A DNA stretch of 9,276 bases from Paramoeba atlantica. Its lineage: Eukaryota; Protista; Discosea. Of the stretch, positions 8,264 through 9,276 are shown piece after piece. The stretch covers positions 1-9,276 of the forward strand of contig CDRNVI010000247.1 in assembly GCA_977017575.1 (NCBI GenBank), given 5' to 3'. The stretch's first letter is position 1, and each line of letters starts with the position of its first letter. The notes beneath the pieces are model-generated. The model made no database searches. It saw only the letters and a program-made list of their open reading frames with translations, and had not been told where the DNA came from. Both the position numbers and the translations under genes were made by a program.

Positions 8264-8441
8264 TTATGCTAAGATTTATACTAAATTCAAGCATAAGATT
8301 GCACTAAGATTTCCTTCAGAAATTCAAGTGCAAATATCCGCTCAACTTATAAAATATAAGTGGCGTCTATATATTTAATCATTACAAAAATAATGAATTA
8401 AATAGATCATGATAAGATTTTTTACAAAAATTCAATCATGA
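8264..8441 (+). other. Three TAAG/TCAA hairpins (8264-8296, 8299-8333, 8407-8441) after module 2C
   Basis: Outer stems are TTATGCT/AGCATAA, TTGCACT/AGTGCAA and TCATGAT/ATCATGA. Inner stems also vary compensatorily (ATTTA/TAAAT, ATTTTT/AAAAAT). Confidence 0.85.
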
Positions 8442-8581
8442 AGCATACACTATAGTGTATGCAAATTATTACAAAAATAATAATTTTAAAATTTTTTCTT
8501 CGAAATTCAAAGAAGAATTTATTCGAAAAAAATATAAATTTTAATGTTTACGTGTTTAACTACAACTTAAATTTATATATA

Positions 8582-8956
8582 TTTCGTTAAATTAAGAGAA
8601 TAATTAAACGAAACTGTTACTCGGCAAAAATAAGGGAATTTTTGAGTAACAGACCGTTCAAATTGAAAACAAAAAAACAATTTGCACGGCAATTCTTGGG
8701 GTTTTTACGCCTCACGGCTTCGTGATTGGACTAAAGAGCAGGAGCGAGAGCAAGAAAGTTTGCAGGGGTAGTTGAGTTAGCTATTCCCGGTGGTAGCTAA
8801 CCTCGATTCCTTAGTCTTTAGTTGTGATAATTTGGGATAGCGAAGTAAAATTTTTAAAGTTCGCTATCGACAATTATTGTTCTCTTTCATCTTTTGGCGT
8901 GCATTGCTAATTGATCCCAATAGACAATCACATTCAGAAATGATCGTTGCTATCCC
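8582..8956 (+). ncRNA. Structured RNA of unknown family, copy 2
   Basis: Homologue of 3926-4300, with C8841-G8863 replacing T4185-A4207 and A8827-T8877 replacing G4171-C4221. Confidence 0.65.
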
Positions 8957-9264
8957 TATATGTATGTAAAATATCATACATAAGAATCAATAAGATCTAT
9001 TTCGTCTCCTCTTTTTTCTTTTAAAATAGCAGGACTAATCTATATTATATAGTTATTATTCAACTTTTTTAATTATATTTTATCTGCTTGAACACCATAG
9101 TTCGATAAAAAATAAATAAAAAGATGAATAAATAACTAAAAAATAAAGATAGACAAGAACAAGAATAGTTTAGTTTAATTCCGTGTTAAATCCTCAATCC
9201 TTAAGTCGGATTTGTCACTCCATATACGATCAAACTTTATTTACTTAAATTTTTACAAAGATAG

Positions 9265-9276
9265 TAAAATTAAAAG
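9265..9276. repeat. First 12 nt of a third unit, or a circular overlap
   Basis: TAAAATTAAAAG equals 1-12 and 4610-4621, and is preceded by the same unit end (CAAAGATAG). Confidence 0.85.

Larger units (their letters stand above)
4610..9264. repeat. Tandem unit copy 2 (4655 bp)
   Basis: Near-identical to copy 1 outside the variable cassette, and 46 bp longer overall. Confidence 0.98.

Overview
This AT-rich window has no credible protein-coding gene. It is two head-to-tail copies of a ~4.6-kb unit (1-4609 and 4610-9264), plus 12 nt that repeat the unit start. About 3.7 kb of each unit is near-identical between copies: roughly 30 substitutions by eye over the first 2.8 kb. This constant part holds an array of ~20-bp reiterated sites, a GC-richer block with phased A/T tracts, and two structured-RNA-like segments, one with clear compensatory changes. 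The remaining ~850-900 bp (2794-3640 vs 7401-8298) is a hypervariable cassette. Each cassette carries three copies of one module: a ~73-75-nt constant core starting GTTTTCATGTAATAA, closed by its own anti-repeat and by an outer imperfect duplex. That duplex is ~19-22 nt in five modules and 9 nt in the sixth, differs in every module, and always pairs with its own partner arm. A second hairpin family, with an invariant TAAG/TCAA internal loop and five different outer stems, follows the modules. The best reading is an undescribed array of structured, possibly programmable small-RNA precursors on an ORF-less repeated or circular replicon. Host and function cannot be determined from the window.
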